Source: an uncultured Chloroflexia bacterium
Lineage (GTDB): Bacteria > Chloroflexota > Limnocylindria > Limnocylindrales > CSP1-4
Direction of reading: 5' to 3'
Length of the DNA stretch: 64,000 nt
Assembly: GCA_963828165.1 (NCBI GenBank)
Contig: CAWHDR010000001.1
Span: 736,001 to 800,000, forward strand
Part shown: piece by piece, positions 29,749 to 39,458 of the stretch
Layout: every line of letters begins with the position of its first letter
How positions within the stretch are numbered: position 1 is the first letter of the stretch
Position numbers and translations under genes: made by a program
Notes under the pieces: model-generated
Seen by the model: the letters and a program-made list of their open reading frames with translations, nothing else
Databases searched by the model: none
What the model was told of the DNA's origin: nothing

Positions 29749-31023
29749 ATGCGTCGACCCGACTACGACCGCCGCGTCGTCGTCACCGGTCTGGGGGTCA
29801 TCAGCCCCGTCGGCAACGACAAAGACACCGCCTGGTCCAACCTCGTCAGCGGGGTCTCGGGCCTGAAGCCCATCACCTACTTCGACACGACGCCGTACGA
29901 GGCCAAGGTCGCGGGCGAGGTCCTCGGTTTCTCGGCCGGCGATTGGATGGATCCCAAGGCCGCCCGCCGGAGCGAGTCGAGCATGCACTTCGGCGTGGCC
30001 GCGGCGAAACAGGCGCTCTCCGACTCCGGGTTCGAGCTGACCGAGGAGAACCGCACCGAGGTCGGCGTGGTGTTCGGGTCCGGCGCCGGCGGCCAGCAGC
30101 TCATGATCGACAACTACGTCACGCTCCATGACCGCGGCAACCGCACCGTCGCCCCGACGTTCATCGCCAACGCACTCGTCGACAGCTGCTCAGGGATGAT
30201 CGCGATCGAGACGGGCGCCATCGGGCACAACGTCTGCATGGTGTCGGCCTGCGCGACCGGTACGCACAACGTTGGCGAGGCCGCCGAGGCGATCCGCCGC
30301 GGCGACTGCATCGCCGTCATCAGCGGATCCACCGAGGCGCCGCTCCTCGAGGTCGCTCATGCGGGCTTCTCGAACATGCGCGGCATGGGCCTGCCCCGTC
30401 CGGGCGAACCGCTGGAGACCGTCTCGCGGCCGTTCGATGCGACCCGCGATGGGTTCGTGCTGGGCGAGGGCGCAGGGTCACTGTTCCTCGAGGATCTCGA
30501 GATGGCGAAGGCGCGCGGAGCGCACATCTACGCCGAGGTCGTGGGATACGGCTCGGCCGCCGACGGCTGGGACATGGTCCAGCCGATCGATGCCGGCGTG
30601 GGTTCGGCGCGGGCGATGCAGATGGCCCTCGAACGCCGCGGCGTCCCGGCCGACGAGGTCGACCTGATCAACCCGCACGGGACGTCCACGCCTCTCGGGG
30701 ACAAGCGCGAGGCCGAAGCGCTCCACACCGTCTTCGGGCCGCGCGCCGCGCGCGACGCACGCTCGCTGGCGATCAGCGCGACGAAGTCGATGACCGGGCA
30801 CATGATGGGCGCCGCCGGGGCGTTCGAGGCCTTCGCGACGGTCATGTCGGTCGCCGAGCAATGCGTCCCGGGGACCCTGAACTTCCGCGATGTGGACCCG
30901 GACTGCGACCTGTGGGTCGAGGCGGAGACCCACTCGTTCCCGATCCGCAACGCCCTTTCCAACAACATCGGGCTCGGCGGCCACAACGGCGCCGTCATCT
31001 TCGGGCGCTACGACGGGGACTGA
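29749..31023 (+). CDS. fabF: beta-ketoacyl-ACP synthase II (paralog 1)
   Basis: SACATG, PHGTST, KSMTGH: Cys-His-His triad. Confidence 0.85.
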   Translation: MRRPDYDRRVVVTGLGVISPVGNDKDTAWSNLVSGVSGLKPITYFDTTPYEAKVAGEVLGFSAGDWMDPKAARRSESSMHFGVAAAKQALSDSGFELTEENRTEVGVVFGSGAGGQQLMIDNYVTLHDRGNRTVAPTFIANALVDSCSGMIAIETGAIGHNVCMVSACATGTHNVGEAAEAIRRGDCIAVISGSTEAPLLEVAHAGFSNMRGMGLPRPGEPLETVSRPFDATRDGFVLGEGAGSLFLEDLEMAKARGAHIYAEVVGYGSAADGWDMVQPIDAGVGSARAMQMALERRGVPADEVDLINPHGTSTPLGDKREAEALHTVFGPRAARDARSLAISATKSMTGHMMGAAGAFEAFATVMSVAEQCVPGTLNFRDVDPDCDLWVEAETHSFPIRNALSNNIGLGGHNGAVIFGRYDGD

Positions 31024-31106
31024 CGGATCGTCCGCCCGTCAGCCCGTTCGCTCCGCGGCGGAACCCAGTCACTACAATCGGGCCTGAAGCCCACCTGAGG
31101 TAACCC

Positions 31107-32372
31107 GTGCCCGAACAGGATCCCGCCCGGCGGGCGGTCATCACCGGCCTCGGCGCGGTCATGCCGATCGGCAACGACTTCCCGACCTACTGGTCGAATC
31201 TCGTCGCCGGCGTGACCGGGACCCGAACCATCCAGAGCTTCGATCCGTCCGCCCACGAGGTGCGGATCGCAGCGGAGGTCCTGGATTTCGATCCGCGCGA
31301 CCACATGGACCCCAAGATGGCGCGTCGCATGAGCCGCTTCATCCACCTCGCGATGGCGGCAGGCAAGGAGGCGGTCACCGATTCGGGGATCGACTTCGAG
31401 GCGATGACCCCCGAGCAGCGTGACCGGGTCGGCGTCGTCGTCAACACCGGCGGCGGCGGCATCGAGCAGATCATCGACGGGACGCATGTCCACGACAGCC
31501 GCGGTCCGCGGTTCGTGTCGCCGTTCGCCGTGCCGGCCCTGTCGGGCTCGATGGGTGCGTGCATGCTCTCCATGGAGTACCGCTTGACCGGCCCGGTCAT
31601 CACCCAGGTGGCGGCCTGCGCCACGTCCGTGATCGCCTTCCACGACGCGTTGCGGCTGATTCGCGACGACGAGTGCGATGTGGTCGTGACCGGCGGCACC
31701 GAGGCGCCCATCTGGCCGATGGGCGTGGCCGCGCTGGCCAACATGACGGCGCTGTCCAAGCGCAACGACTCCCCGGAGACCGCGTCCCGACCGTTCGATG
31801 GGACACGCGATGGTTTCGTCCTGGGCGAGGGCGCCGGTGTGGTCATCGTCGAGTCACTGGCCCACGCTCGGGCCCGTGGCGCGACGCCGATCGCGGAGAT
31901 CCTGGGCGGTGCCTTGACCGCCGATGGGTTCCACATCAGCGCACCCGAACCCACCGGGCGGGGGCAGGCCCGAGCGATGACCAACGCCTTGCGCAACAGC
32001 GGGGTCGCACCCGACGAGGTCGACTACATCGTCGCGCACGGCACCGCGACACCCCTCAACGACGTGACCGAGACGCGGGCGATCAAGGCCGCGTACGGCG
32101 AGCACGCCTACAACGTCGCCATCAGCTCGCCGAAGTCGATGATCGGACATCTCGTCGGCGCAGCTGGGATCGCCAGCGCCCTGGCCGCGATCGGGGCGAT
32201 CCGCGACGGGATCATCCCGCCGACCGCGAACCTTCGAACGCCCGACCCGGAGTGCGACCTGGACTACGTGCCACTGACCGCTCGCAAGGCCACGGTCGAA
32301 ACGGTCGCGGTCGACGGTTTCGGCTTCGGCGGCCAGAACGCGGTGGCGATCTTCCGACGCGTGGTCGACTAG
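31107..32372 (+). CDS. fabF: beta-ketoacyl-ACP synthase II (paralog 2)
   Basis: AACATS, AHGT.T, KSMIGH, GFGFGGQN. Confidence 0.85.
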   Translation: MPEQDPARRAVITGLGAVMPIGNDFPTYWSNLVAGVTGTRTIQSFDPSAHEVRIAAEVLDFDPRDHMDPKMARRMSRFIHLAMAAGKEAVTDSGIDFEAMTPEQRDRVGVVVNTGGGGIEQIIDGTHVHDSRGPRFVSPFAVPALSGSMGACMLSMEYRLTGPVITQVAACATSVIAFHDALRLIRDDECDVVVTGGTEAPIWPMGVAALANMTALSKRNDSPETASRPFDGTRDGFVLGEGAGVVIVESLAHARARGATPIAEILGGALTADGFHISAPEPTGRGQARAMTNALRNSGVAPDEVDYIVAHGTATPLNDVTETRAIKAAYGEHAYNVAISSPKSMIGHLVGAAGIASALAAIGAIRDGIIPPTANLRTPDPECDLDYVPLTARKATVETVAVDGFGFGGQNAVAIFRRVVD

Positions 32373-33299
32373 CTAGTCCTTCGTCGTGGCCCGAAGCTCC
32401 TCGAGGACGGCCGGGTCGATCCAGCCCGCGGCCGCCGTCCGCTCTTCCAGGTTGGCCACGCCCATCCAGGTCAGGAGGGCGCTGTCCCAGGCCGCATCCC
32501 AGTCCGGGCCGCCGTCCCGTGGCGAGCCGATGCGCGTGACCCCTGCCAGCGCGCCGCGGACGCTCGCGGCGAACGCATCGTCACGCCCGGGCGCCCATCC
32601 GGCACGGGTCAGCCGGTCGCGCAGCTCCGCCGCGAGAGCCGGGTCGATCGCCACGAGGTCCTCTGGTTCCGGGTGTTCGGACAGCAGCCGCCAGATATCG
32701 AACAGGCGACGGAGTTCGGGGACCGGGTCGGGGTGGTCGTCCACCCGCAGGTCGATCCACCGATCGGTGGTCCCGCCGTAGCCGCCGCCGGCCCGAACCA
32801 CCAACATGGCGGCCGACTCGCGACCGCGCGCATCACCGCCTGCCCGATCTCCGGCCAGGAGCGCGGTCAGCAACCGGTCCGGCAGCGAGCCGCCGGATGC
32901 CCCATACGCGTCGAACAACGCGTCCACGACCCCCGGGCCGACGAGGATGTTGCCCTGGACGGCCAGCCCGTCCGCGACGCGGCCACCGGCCCAGGCGAGA
33001 CACCCCTCGCCCGTGTGGCTGGCCGACCCGCCGTGCGCATCGACGATGCCCAGCTGTCGCTCCGAGCGTCCATCGTCCGCCTCCGTCAGGCGCGCCAGGA
33101 CGGCGTTCGCATCGGCGCCGGACTCCAGCGCCGCCAGCCCGTCCGGCCCGTACATCACGTTCGCGAGGGCCTGCGTCGCGATGGCCCCGACACCTGCCCG
33201 TGCCCACGGGACGACCGACCCGACGGCGAGGAACTTCGACGCGACGGCTACGCCCAGGTCGCCGTTCGCTGGATCGCGGGCCACGATCGAGAACGTCAC
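32373..33299 (-). CDS. DUF1028 (Ntn-hydrolase-like) protein
   Basis: MTFSIVARD..LGVAVASKFLAVG, GGD.RG..SAA, DLRVDDH..P..EL.RL. Confidence 0.88.
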   Translation of the reverse strand: MTFSIVARDPANGDLGVAVASKFLAVGSVVPWARAGVGAIATQALANVMYGPDGLAALESGADANAVLARLTEADDGRSERQLGIVDAHGGSASHTGEGCLAWAGGRVADGLAVQGNILVGPGVVDALFDAYGASGGSLPDRLLTALLAGDRAGGDARGRESAAMLVVRAGGGYGGTTDRWIDLRVDDHPDPVPELRRLFDIWRLLSEHPEPEDLVAIDPALAAELRDRLTRAGWAPGRDDAFAASVRGALAGVTRIGSPRDGGPDWDAAWDSALLTWMGVANLEERTAAAGWIDPAVLEELRATTKD

Positions 33300-33802
33300 G
33301 CCAGCGCCCGACCCTCGTATCGCTCGATGGCCGCCACGAAGGCGGGGCCCAGCGGCGTCGGTCGCTCGGTCGCGTAGTCGTAGCGGACCATCACGGATTC
33401 GCTGGTTGCCACGAGGTGGGCTGTCTCATCCGGCGTCCTGGCCGTCAAGCGGTGCTCCAGGACGAAGCTCGAGCGACCCAGCCGGGTCGCGCGCGTCTCG
33501 ACCGTCACCCGTTCCCCGTGAAAGACCGGGGCCCGATACGTGATGCGGGCTTCGGCCAGGATCAGGCTCTCGGCGCCCTCGTGGCCGGAAGCGATGGGCT
33601 CGCCGGTCACATCGGTCCAGTAGCGGATGCGGGCCATCTCGCAGTAGGTCAGGTACTTGGCGTTGTTGACGTGGCCCATCGCGTCGGTATCCGCGAACCG
33701 GACGTCGATCTCGACCCGGTGGGCGAAATCGCCCGCGAGGTCGCGCGGATCGTCGGGGGTCGCGATGCGTGCTCGGCTGGGGGTCGAGGCCGGGACGGTC
33801 AT
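33296..33802 (-). CDS. acyl-CoA thioesterase (4HBT/FadM-like)
   Basis: VRFADTDAMGHVNNA.YLTY.E.AR. Confidence 0.9.
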   Translation of the reverse strand: MTVPASTPSRARIATPDDPRDLAGDFAHRVEIDVRFADTDAMGHVNNAKYLTYCEMARIRYWTDVTGEPIASGHEGAESLILAEARITYRAPVFHGERVTVETRATRLGRSSFVLEHRLTARTPDETAHLVATSESVMVRYDYATERPTPLGPAFVAAIERYEGRALA

Positions 33803-33810
33803 GTCGAGCG

Positions 33811-36531
33811 TCAGTCTGCGACCTCGACGACGAGGCTGCCGACCATCCCCGCTTCCGCGTGGCCCTCGACCGTGCACTCCACGACGTAGGTCCCCGGCTC
33901 ATCGATCGTGAACCTGATCCGCTGCGTCTGGCCGGGGCGTGCTCCGGCGTCGACGTTGGCGAGACCGGTCAACTCCCAGTCATGGAAGATCGGGTCGTCG
34001 TTCGTGAACTCGAGGACGACCGTCTCGCCGGCACGTACGCGGAGGTCGGCCGGCATGAACGCGACGCGCTCGGCGGTCACTTCGAGCTTGGTCGCATTCG
34101 CGTCGATGATCCGGTCGGCCGCCATCACGCCGCCAGCCAGCGCGAGCGACGCGAGCGCGATCGCGCCGAGGAACCAGGCCTCGCGCAGGTGCCCCAGCGG
34201 CCCGTGCCGGCCGACTCGGTGGACCGCCTCGGGACGGGCGTCGTACCCGCGCAGCCGGAGCGAGTTGGCGACCACGGACACCGATGAGAGGGCCATCGCA
34301 CCCGCGGCGAGCGCCGGCGAGAGCGTGATCCCAAAGGCCGGGTAGAGGGCGCCCATCGCGACGGGGATCAGCAGGACGTTGTAGGCGAATGCCCAGAACA
34401 GGTTCTGGCGGATGACCGTCATCGTCGCCCGGGACAATCCGATGGCGGCTGGGACCCCGCGCGGGTCGCCGCCGATCAGCGTCACGTCGGACGCCTCGAT
34501 CGCCACGTCCGCGCCGGTGCCGATCGCGATCCCGAGATCCGCCTGGGCGAGCGCCGGGGCGTCGTTGATGCCGTCGCCGACCATCGCTACCGTCCGGCCG
34601 CGGGCCTGGAGCCGCTCCACGATCGCGGCCTTGTCGGCGGGGAGCGTCTCGGGCACGACGTTGTGGGCCGGGATGCCGACCTGCTTGGCGACGGACTCAG
34701 CGGTGGCGCGGGCGTCGCCGGTCACGAGCCAGACCTCGATGTTCGCGCCGGCCAGCTCGCGTACCGCAGCCTGGGCTTCGACCTTGACGGGGTCGCTGAT
34801 CGCGAGCATCCCGGCCGCCACGCCGTCCACGGCGACGATGGCGATCGTCCGGCCCGCCCTCGCCGAAGCCTCGATCGCATCTGCCAGCGGCGCCAGGTCG
34901 ATCCCACCACGCTCGAGCAGCCGACGATTGCCGACGATGACCATGCGGGGCCCGCTGGTCGTCTCGACCGTTCCTTGCACACCGCCACCGATGACCGCCG
35001 CGAAATCCGTGACCCGCCCGAACCCGACCTCGTCCTGGTTCGCGCGGGCGACGATGGCCGCCCCGAGCGGGTGCTCGCTTGCGCGCTCGATCGCTCCGCC
35101 GAGATCGAGCACGTCGTGCACCGTGAAGCCGGGGGCGACGGCGACCTCGGCGACGGTGGGACGCCCGAGGGTCAACGTTCCGGTCTTGTCGAGCACGACG
35201 GTGTCCACGCGATGGGCGATCTCGAGCGCCGCACCGCCCCGGATGAGGATCCCCGCCTCCGCCCCACGTCCCGTCCCGACCATGATGGCCGTGGGGGTGG
35301 CGAGGCCCATCGCGCACGGACACGCGATGACCACGACGCCGATGAACGCCGTCAGTGCCAGCGTGATGCGCGGTTCCGGTCCGAACGCCAGCCATACGAG
35401 GAACGTCCCCGCAGCAACGACGAGGACGATCGGGACGAAGACCTCGGCGATGCGATCGGCCAGGCGCTGGATGGGAGCCTTGCTGCCCTGGGCCCGACTC
35501 ACGAGGTCCACGATCCGGGCGAGCGCGGTGTCGCGGCCCACGCGGGTCGCCCGCATGACGAACGTGCCGGTCGTGTTGAGGGTCGCACCGATGACCTCGG
35601 CGCCGGCGGTCACCTCGACCGGCATGGCCTCGCCGGTCAGCATGCTGGCATCGATCGCGGACCCACCCTCGACCACCACGCCGTCGACGGGCAGCCGCTC
35701 CCCGGGCCGGACGCGCAGCAGGTCACCGACCGCCACCGCCTCGAGCGCTACGTCTTCTTCGCGTCCGTCGGTCACGCGCCGGGCGACCGCGGCCTGCAGT
35801 CCGACGAGCCGCCGGATCGCCCCGGTCGTGCTGGTCTTGGCGCGATGCTCGAGCCACCGGCCGAGCAGGACGAGCCCGACGATGATCGTCGACGAGTCGA
35901 AGTAGGTCTCCGGGTGCAGCCCGGCCTCGTGGATGACCTCGGGAAAGAACGTGACGAAGACGCTGTACAGCCAGGCCGCGCTCGTGCCGACCGCCACGAG
36001 GGTGTCCATGTTGGCGGTGCGATGCCGGGCGGCCCGCCACGCGGCGCGATAGAAGCGGCGCCCGGCCCACGCCTGGATGATGGTGGCCGGCCCGAGCGCG
36101 AGCCAGTTGATGCTCTCCATCGCGACGCTCGTCTGCGGGACGAACATCGCGACCATGATCGCGAGGGCCACCCCGATCGAGACGACCGCCTCGCGAAGCA
36201 GCGAGCGCTCCTCGCGGGCGCGGTCGGCATCGCCGGCGGAGAGCTCCTCGAGCAGGGGGACCGGGGAGGCGTCGGCGTCGCCGTCCCGTCCCGCGACCGT
36301 GCGGACGTCGTACCCGGCTGCCTCCACGGCTTCGACCAGGTCGGCGCGAGCGGCCACGTCCGGGAGGTAGCGGATCGTCGCCATCTCCGTGGCGAGGTTC
36401 ACGCTCGCCGTCTGGACGCCTTCGGTGCGGTTCAGGAACCGCTCGATGCGATTGACGCAAGACGCGCACGTCATGCCCTCGATGGGCAGCTCGATCTCGG
36501 TGGGAGCGGCGTCAGGCCGGCCGGTCGTCAT
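33811..36531 (-). CDS. copA: Cu(I)-transporting P1B-ATPase with C-terminal cupredoxin domain
   Basis: GMTCASC, TGE, CPC, DKTGT, HP, GDGIND, YN, MALSS; C-terminal H..C-x4-H-x4-M. Confidence 0.92.
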   Translation of the reverse strand: MTTGRPDAAPTEIELPIEGMTCASCVNRIERFLNRTEGVQTASVNLATEMATIRYLPDVAARADLVEAVEAAGYDVRTVAGRDGDADASPVPLLEELSAGDADRAREERSLLREAVVSIGVALAIMVAMFVPQTSVAMESINWLALGPATIIQAWAGRRFYRAAWRAARHRTANMDTLVAVGTSAAWLYSVFVTFFPEVIHEAGLHPETYFDSSTIIVGLVLLGRWLEHRAKTSTTGAIRRLVGLQAAVARRVTDGREEDVALEAVAVGDLLRVRPGERLPVDGVVVEGGSAIDASMLTGEAMPVEVTAGAEVIGATLNTTGTFVMRATRVGRDTALARIVDLVSRAQGSKAPIQRLADRIAEVFVPIVLVVAAGTFLVWLAFGPEPRITLALTAFIGVVVIACPCAMGLATPTAIMVGTGRGAEAGILIRGGAALEIAHRVDTVVLDKTGTLTLGRPTVAEVAVAPGFTVHDVLDLGGAIERASEHPLGAAIVARANQDEVGFGRVTDFAAVIGGGVQGTVETTSGPRMVIVGNRRLLERGGIDLAPLADAIEASARAGRTIAIVAVDGVAAGMLAISDPVKVEAQAAVRELAGANIEVWLVTGDARATAESVAKQVGIPAHNVVPETLPADKAAIVERLQARGRTVAMVGDGINDAPALAQADLGIAIGTGADVAIEASDVTLIGGDPRGVPAAIGLSRATMTVIRQNLFWAFAYNVLLIPVAMGALYPAFGITLSPALAAGAMALSSVSVVANSLRLRGYDARPEAVHRVGRHGPLGHLREAWFLGAIALASLALAGGVMAADRIIDANATKLEVTAERVAFMPADLRVRAGETVVLEFTNDDPIFHDWELTGLANVDAGARPGQTQRIRFTIDEPGTYVVECTVEGHAEAGMVGSLVVEVAD

Positions 36532-36593
36532 ACTCCAGGGGAGTATAGCAGACGGTGCCTGGGGATCAGCCAAGGAGGTGGCACACTAGACCG

Positions 36594-37157
36594 ATGCCGC
36601 CCGTCGAGATCGCCCTGGTGACCCTGGCTGGACCGTGGGGCCCGTATCTCGTCGCCGCCACGGAACGTGGTGTGGTCGCGGCCGGCTGGGCGACCACCGA
36701 GGGCGCGATCCTGGCTGACCTCCGTCGCCGACTGGGGCCCGTGGAGGTCGTCGCCGGTGGCCCGGCGGCCGATGTGCTCGCGGCCGCCTTGCCATCCCTC
36801 ATGGCGGTCCTTGAGGGCACGCCGGTGCCGACCGCGTCGATCCCGATCGATCTCGACGACCGCCCGCGCTTCGATCAGGTCGTGCTCGACGCGGTTCGCG
36901 GGATCGGCTGGGGTGAGACGGCAAGTTACGGGGAGATCGCCCGACGCGTCGGCGCGCCGCGGGCGTCACGCGCGGTCGGTGGGGCCCTCGGGCGCAATCC
37001 GATCTCGCTCGTGATCCCCTGCCACCGGGTGATCGCCGCGGACGGCACGCTCGGTGGCTACGGGGGTGACGGCTGGATCGACCGCGACCGGGAGCTCTCA
37101 CGCAAAGAGGCGATGCTGCGGCGAGAAGGCGTCACGGTGGCTCGCCGCGCCCAGTAG
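36594..37157 (+). CDS. ogt: methylated-DNA-protein-cysteine methyltransferase
   Basis: SYGEIA, RAVG.A...NP, PCHRV. Confidence 0.92.
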   Translation: MPPVEIALVTLAGPWGPYLVAATERGVVAAGWATTEGAILADLRRRLGPVEVVAGGPAADVLAAALPSLMAVLEGTPVPTASIPIDLDDRPRFDQVVLDAVRGIGWGETASYGEIARRVGAPRASRAVGGALGRNPISLVIPCHRVIAADGTLGGYGGDGWIDRDRELSRKEAMLRREGVTVARRAQ

Positions 37158-37246
37158 ACTCCGCCCGAGCCGGTGTCGTCATGCGAGCCGGATCGTCGGG
37201 AACGTGGTGAGGGTCGGGCGCCATCGCCGGCGCCGGTGGAGGGTCG

Positions 37247-39073
37247 ATGAGCGTCGCGAGCGCGCCTGCCCCATCCATGTTCGCCGTGTTCCGGCGGCGC
37301 GACTTCTCCATGCTCTGGCTGGCGCAGCTCATCTCGACGGCCGGATCGTCACTGACGGACCTCGCCGCGGGCATCTACGTGTACCGCGAGACCCAGTCCG
37401 CGCTCGCCGTGGGCCTGACCCTGATGGTCACGGCCATCCCGAGCCTCATCGTCGGCCTGCTCGCCGGCGTCTACGTCGATCGCCACGATCGCAAGCGGAT
37501 CCTCATCGGGACCTGCCTGATCCAGGCAGTCATCGTGGCTGCCCTCGCGTTCGTGATCGGGATCGAATCGATCGCCCTCCCGGGGCTGTACGTCCTGCTT
37601 CTCCTCAATGCGGGCGTGAAGCAGTTCTTCGATCCCGCCCATGACAGCCTGATCCCGGAGATGGCGAGCGACGAGGAGCTCGCAGGGGCGAACTCGTTCC
37701 TCTCCATCGCCTCATTCGGCTCGACGGCCATCGGCTTCGCGGGCGCGGGCCTCCTGGCCAGCACCGTCGACCTGACCTGGGCGTTCATCATCGATGCGGC
37801 CTCCTTCGTCGTCTGCGCGGGGCTCATCGCGCTGATGGGCCGCTATCCCATGCCCAAGCCGGAGGACGACGCGACCGTCGCCGTGATCGTGGCCAACTTG
37901 AAATCGGGTATGGCGACGCTGTTCGGGACACCGGCGCTGCGATCGCTGTTCGTCGTCGGTGCCTTCATGTTCGTCTCGTTCGGCCTGTGGAACGTACTCC
38001 TGCTTCCGTTCTCCATCCGCGAGCTCGGGGCCACCGAGTTCGAGTACGGCCTGCAGGAGGGGCTGACGTCGGTCGGCTTCGTGCTGGGCTCGTTCTTCAT
38101 GGCGCGCTTCTCGAGCCGCCTGCCGGAGCCGCTCTGGATCGTCATCGGCCTCATCGGCATGGGTGCAGCGGGGATCTTCTATGGCCTCGCGACGTCGATC
38201 CCCCTGGCGATCGTGCTCGTGATGATCAGCGGCTTCTTCAACTCTCCTTCGTCGGTAGCACGGTCGGTGCTCCTCCAGCGGCACACGCCGCGTGAGATGC
38301 GGGGCCGCGTGTTCTCCGCCTTTTATGTCATGCGCGACATCATCTTCCTGATCGGCATGGCCGGCGCCGGGCTCGCCGATATCGTCGACATCCGGCTCCT
38401 GATCGTGGTCGCCTCCACGCTGCTGTTCGTGTCCGCCGCGTTCACGCTGGTGGCACCCGGGCTCGGGCTGGCATCGATCCGAGCGGCGAACGCCCGTCTG
38501 CGGGACGCCGAGGCCCCGGCCATGGACGCGACACCGGTGCGACCCGCGACCGTGCCCGACTTCGGCCGCGTGGCGCTCCGCCTGCCGCCCATGTCACGCT
38601 TGTCCGCGGAGCAGCGCGACGCGTTCCTGCACGACGCGACCATCCGGCAGGTGCCGGCGGGTACCCGGGTGGTCGAACGGGGCGACGTCGCGAGCTCGGC
38701 GTACTTCATCCTCGAGGGCAACGCGACCGCCGGGATCCCCGATGAGGACGGATATCGTGGCCTTTCGACCATGGGCGCCGGCGACTTCTTCGGGGAGATC
38801 GCGGCGCTGACCGGGAGTCCGCGCACCGCCGACGTCGTGGCCGATACCGACCTGACGGTGATGGAGGTGCCGGCCGAGGCGCTGCGCGCGGTGATGACGG
38901 TGCCGGAGATCCGCAAGCTCGTCCTCTCGACGCTGACCTCCCGGCTGGTGAGGACCGAGGCGGCGGACCTGCCGCGGCTGGCCGGCATCGACCAGGAGTC
39001 GTTGCGCGACCTGCGCACGCCCCGACGGATCGTGGTCGCATCGGCGGGAACCGCGGCGGACGATGCTTCATAG
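37247..39073 (+). CDS. MFS transporter fused to cNMP-binding domain
   Basis: LWLAQLIS..G, AGVYVDRHDRKR, GRVFS; C-terminal GDFFGEIAAL..RTA.V. Confidence 0.88.
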   Translation: MSVASAPAPSMFAVFRRRDFSMLWLAQLISTAGSSLTDLAAGIYVYRETQSALAVGLTLMVTAIPSLIVGLLAGVYVDRHDRKRILIGTCLIQAVIVAALAFVIGIESIALPGLYVLLLLNAGVKQFFDPAHDSLIPEMASDEELAGANSFLSIASFGSTAIGFAGAGLLASTVDLTWAFIIDAASFVVCAGLIALMGRYPMPKPEDDATVAVIVANLKSGMATLFGTPALRSLFVVGAFMFVSFGLWNVLLLPFSIRELGATEFEYGLQEGLTSVGFVLGSFFMARFSSRLPEPLWIVIGLIGMGAAGIFYGLATSIPLAIVLVMISGFFNSPSSVARSVLLQRHTPREMRGRVFSAFYVMRDIIFLIGMAGAGLADIVDIRLLIVVASTLLFVSAAFTLVAPGLGLASIRAANARLRDAEAPAMDATPVRPATVPDFGRVALRLPPMSRLSAEQRDAFLHDATIRQVPAGTRVVERGDVASSAYFILEGNATAGIPDEDGYRGLSTMGAGDFFGEIAALTGSPRTADVVADTDLTVMEVPAEALRAVMTVPEIRKLVLSTLTSRLVRTEAADLPRLAGIDQESLRDLRTPRRIVVASAGTAADDAS

Positions 39074-39184
39074 GGTGTGTCACAGCTGACAGGCGCCACG
39101 TCGCGCGCTGGCCTTGGCTCGCCGAGGGACTGGGCGTACAGTCCGCAGATCAGACCGCTGGACGAGGGACGAAAGGGGCCGGAC

Positions 39185-39397
39185 ATGGTGCGACAGAGGA
39201 TGAAGCTCCCCAAGGATCAGGCCTTGGAACCCGCGGACGTTGGGCCCAGCGCGACCGGCACCGAGGACGACGTCGAGGGCCACGGTTTTCCGGTGACGGC
39301 ACCTCCGAATCCGGTCATCGGCCGCGGCACCGGACATGGCGGGGAAGCGACCCCGACCGAGGAGGACGCGACCGACGTCAAGGGGAACCTGCGCTAG
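39185..39397 (+). CDS. 70-aa acidic peptide with DDVEGH motif
   Basis: AAAGGGG RBS, TAG-TAA stop, TEDDVEGHG plus degenerate copy TEEDATDVKGN. Confidence 0.7.
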   Translation: MVRQRMKLPKDQALEPADVGPSATGTEDDVEGHGFPVTAPPNPVIGRGTGHGGEATPTEEDATDVKGNLR

Positions 39398-39426
39398 TAA
39401 CGATCTGTCGCTGCACCGACATCGTG

Positions 39427-39455
39427 GCGACCACCCGGGCCGGGGTGGTCGTTTC
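39427..39455 (+). terminator. hairpin between the convergent peptide and S8 peptidase genes
   Basis: CGACCACCC...GGGTGGTCG followed by TTT. Confidence 0.55.
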
Positions 39456-39458
39456 GAT

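Noticed and set aside
28759-33802. Type II PKS cluster (KS/CLF pair plus thioesterase)
   Set aside because: Both KS retain the catalytic Cys and there is no ACP, cyclase or tailoring gene; the thioesterase is in a convergent unrelated operon
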